Shown here piece by piece: positions 61,607 through 64,000 of a stretch of 64,000 nucleotides of DNA. Under the pieces are notes generated by a model that had not been told where the DNA came from, did not search any database, and saw only the letters and a list, made by a program, of their open reading frames with translations. The position numbers and the translations under genes were made by a program. The stretch's first letter is position 1. Every line of letters starts with the position of its first letter. The stretch is from Selaginella moellendorffii (taxonomy: Eukaryota; Plantae; Lycopodiophyta), in NCBI RefSeq assembly GCF_000143415.4, contig NW_003314263.1:2482041-2546040 (forward strand). Reading direction: 5' to 3'.

Positions 61607-64000
61607 ATGGGGACGCTCTCCAACGAAGATCTTGCGCGATACATAGCTCCTTGCGGCGGCGGCGGCGGCGGCACCGAGCGCGAGGTGGAGGTGAGCGCCG
61701 AGAACAATGTGAGTGCTAGCTCGGAGGTTCCAGTCGGGCTGGAGCTGGACGACTCGGAGCTCCTCTTCATCGAGGAGCTAGCTGGGAACAGGGATTACTT
61801 CGACTCGGATGAATTCTTCCGGCTGGAATACGGCTCCAGCAAGTCGTGCATCGATGTCGAGGGCCGGAATTTCAAGGATATCGATCAGATCGAGCCGGAG
61901 GACCTGGATTTTGCGTGGAAGGGCGGGAGGGATGATAGCTGCTTGGAGGACAAGGATAGGCAGCCGGCAGGAACTTCCAAGGACTCCATTCCCAGAGTTC
62001 CATTCTACAAGATGTACGCTTTTGCTGATCCTCTCGACTATCTTCTCATGGCGATTGGAACACTGGGAGCTGTGGTGCATGGGCTTGCGGTGCCCGTGTA
62101 TTTCTACTTCTTTGGGAGGCTTGTGGACGCTTTCGGGGAGAACTACGCGAATCCATCCAGTATGGCATCCGAGGTTTCAACTGTAAGTGGTCTTTTTCGA
62201 TCCAACCTTTTTTTTTTCGTGGTGTTTGATCTTTTGTCTTCCCAGTACTCCTTGTATTTGCTCTACTTGGCGCTGGTTGTTCTAGGCGCAGCTTGGCTTG
62301 GTAAGTCTAGACAGTGCAGATTTGAGAATTTCTATGCTTCGTTTTGTATTTGTAGAGGTTTCGTGCTGGATGCACTCTGGTGAGCGTCAATCTGCCAAGA
62401 TACGCATCAAGTACCTCAAGTCGATCCTCGTTCAAGATGTGGGATTTTTTGACACGGATATGTGTGTTGGCGAGATTGTGAACCAGATATCAAGTGATAT
62501 ACTCATCATTCAAGATGCCATCAGTGAGAAGGTTGGTCTTTATTTATTTTTTCTTACACTCTTGAGCTTACGACGCAATGTTTCCAGGCTGGCAACCTTA
62601 TTCACTTTCTAGCGAGATTTATAGGAGGTTTAGTTGCAGGTTTTGTGGCAGTATGGCAACTTGCACTTATTACAGTTGCTGTGGTTCCTGCAATTGCTCT
62701 TGCTGGAGGTAAAATCTATCTAAGCTGGCTTTTAGAATCTTAACTATGTTCTATAAGCAGGTGCCTATGCAGTTTCACTTATCAACACTGCTGCAAAGAG
62801 CCAGAAAGCTAATGAAGAAGCTGGAAAGATTGCAGAACAGGTATGACAACATGAATCAAGTCTAAAAGCCTCTAATTTAAGAACTTTCGCGTCCATAGGG
62901 GCTGAAAGGGCTTACAGGTCGATGGCTTGCCAGGTCATTGCTCAAGTGAGGACTGTTTATTCTTTTGGAGGAGAAGCAAGGGCCGCGAAGGCTTATTCAG
63001 ACGCCTTGCAGCCAACCTTGAGGCTTGGGAAGCGAGCAGGCCTTGTTAAGGGCCTTGGAATTGGAGTAACTTACGGGCTTGTTTTATGTGCCTGGGCTTT
63101 GCTGCTATGGTACGCCGGGGTTCTTATTCGGCATGGAATGTCTGATGCTGGAAAGGCTTTTACGACTATTCTCAACATAGTTGTTAGTGGCTTGTAAGTA
63201 ATGCTTAATTTCCTCGTAACGTTTTTTCTCACTGAAATTTGGCAGTTCTCTCGGACAAGCGTTCTCGAACTTTCCTGCCCTTGCGGAAGGTCGGGCAGCA
63301 GCTTCCAACATAATACAAATGGTGAAAAGAAGGCCGGCCATGCTTCATAATCAAGGAGGACGACTTGAAGAAGTTTATGGGGACATTGAGCTGCGAAATA
63401 TTTGCTTTAGCTATCCTTCCCGACCAGAATCTTTGGTTCTAAAAGACTTTTCTTTGATGGTGCCTGCTGGAAAGACAATTGCGATTATCGGTAGCAGTGG
63501 CTCTGGCAAAAGTACCGTGGTTTCTCTCATCGAACGTTTCTATGATCCGCTTTCCGGTACAGTACATATATTTATCGTATTGTGTTGCGAGCTGAAATTT
63601 GAAATGATTTGTTTAAGGTGACGTTCTTTTGGATGGAACAAACATAAAATATTTGGAGCTTCAGTGGTTGAGAAAACAGATTGGTCTTGTAAGTCAGGAG
63701 CCGATATTGTTTGCAACCACTATTCGAGAAAATCTGCTCTACAGCAAAGAAGATGCAACCATGGAGGAGTTAATAGAAGTCTCTAAAGCTTCAAACGCAC
63801 ACGAATTTATTGATCTCTTTCCTGACGGCTACGAAACTCAGGTTGGTCACTTGGATTTCCTACACGCAAGGGACTGAACTTGTTTACAGGTTGGTGAGCG
63901 AGGTGTGCAACTTTCTGGCGGAGAAAAACAAAGGGTGGCACTGGCAAGAGCGATGCTCAAGAATCCAAAAATACTTCTTCTGGATGAGGCTACAAGTGCA
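61607..64000 (+). CDS. ABCB: ABC transporter subfamily B (P-glycoprotein/MDR type), 5' half; continues beyond the window
   Basis: [60 protein letters not shown], Walker [18 protein letters not shown], signature LSGGEKQR, Walker [10 protein letters not shown]. Confidence 0.96.

Overview
Eukaryotic plant nuclear DNA, most likely the lycophyte Selaginella. This is an inference from very short (~50-70 nt) GT-AG introns, tight gene packing and PPR genes with long runs of ~31-aa motifs. Bases 1-19.4 kb are a decayed region. An intronless DGAT1 pseudogene is split by a 7.4-kb non-coding LTR element (LARD-like) whose LTRs carry tandem repeats and whose internal domain is hairpin-rich with two tRNA T-loop-like hairpins. 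An MDR/enoyl-reductase pseudogene follows, then a bulb-lectin receptor-kinase pseudogene hit by a Copia element and a TRIM, lying head-to-head with an intact SD-type receptor kinase. Bases 19.7-64 kb are gene-dense: katanin p60, a coiled-coil protein, a DUF547 protein, a PLS-E PPR, a leaderless GNA-type lectin, WSS1, an unusually AT-rich secreted chimeric lectin ORF, an RMR PA-TM-RING protein, an MRL7/RCB-like thioredoxin-fold protein, two tandem GDH genes, an NPG/TTC7-like TPR protein and an ABCB transporter cut by the window end. Between them lie many deletion-riddled gene relics (S9 peptidase, DEAH helicase, FKGP, F-box, and PPR, WSS1, RMR and MRL7 copies). The best leads are the AT-rich novel-domain/GNA-lectin gene at 41.0-41.9 kb and the structured tRNA-like module at 5.9-6.35 kb. 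All family assignments come from recalled motifs read by eye; no database search or folding was run. Spans of spliced genes include introns.
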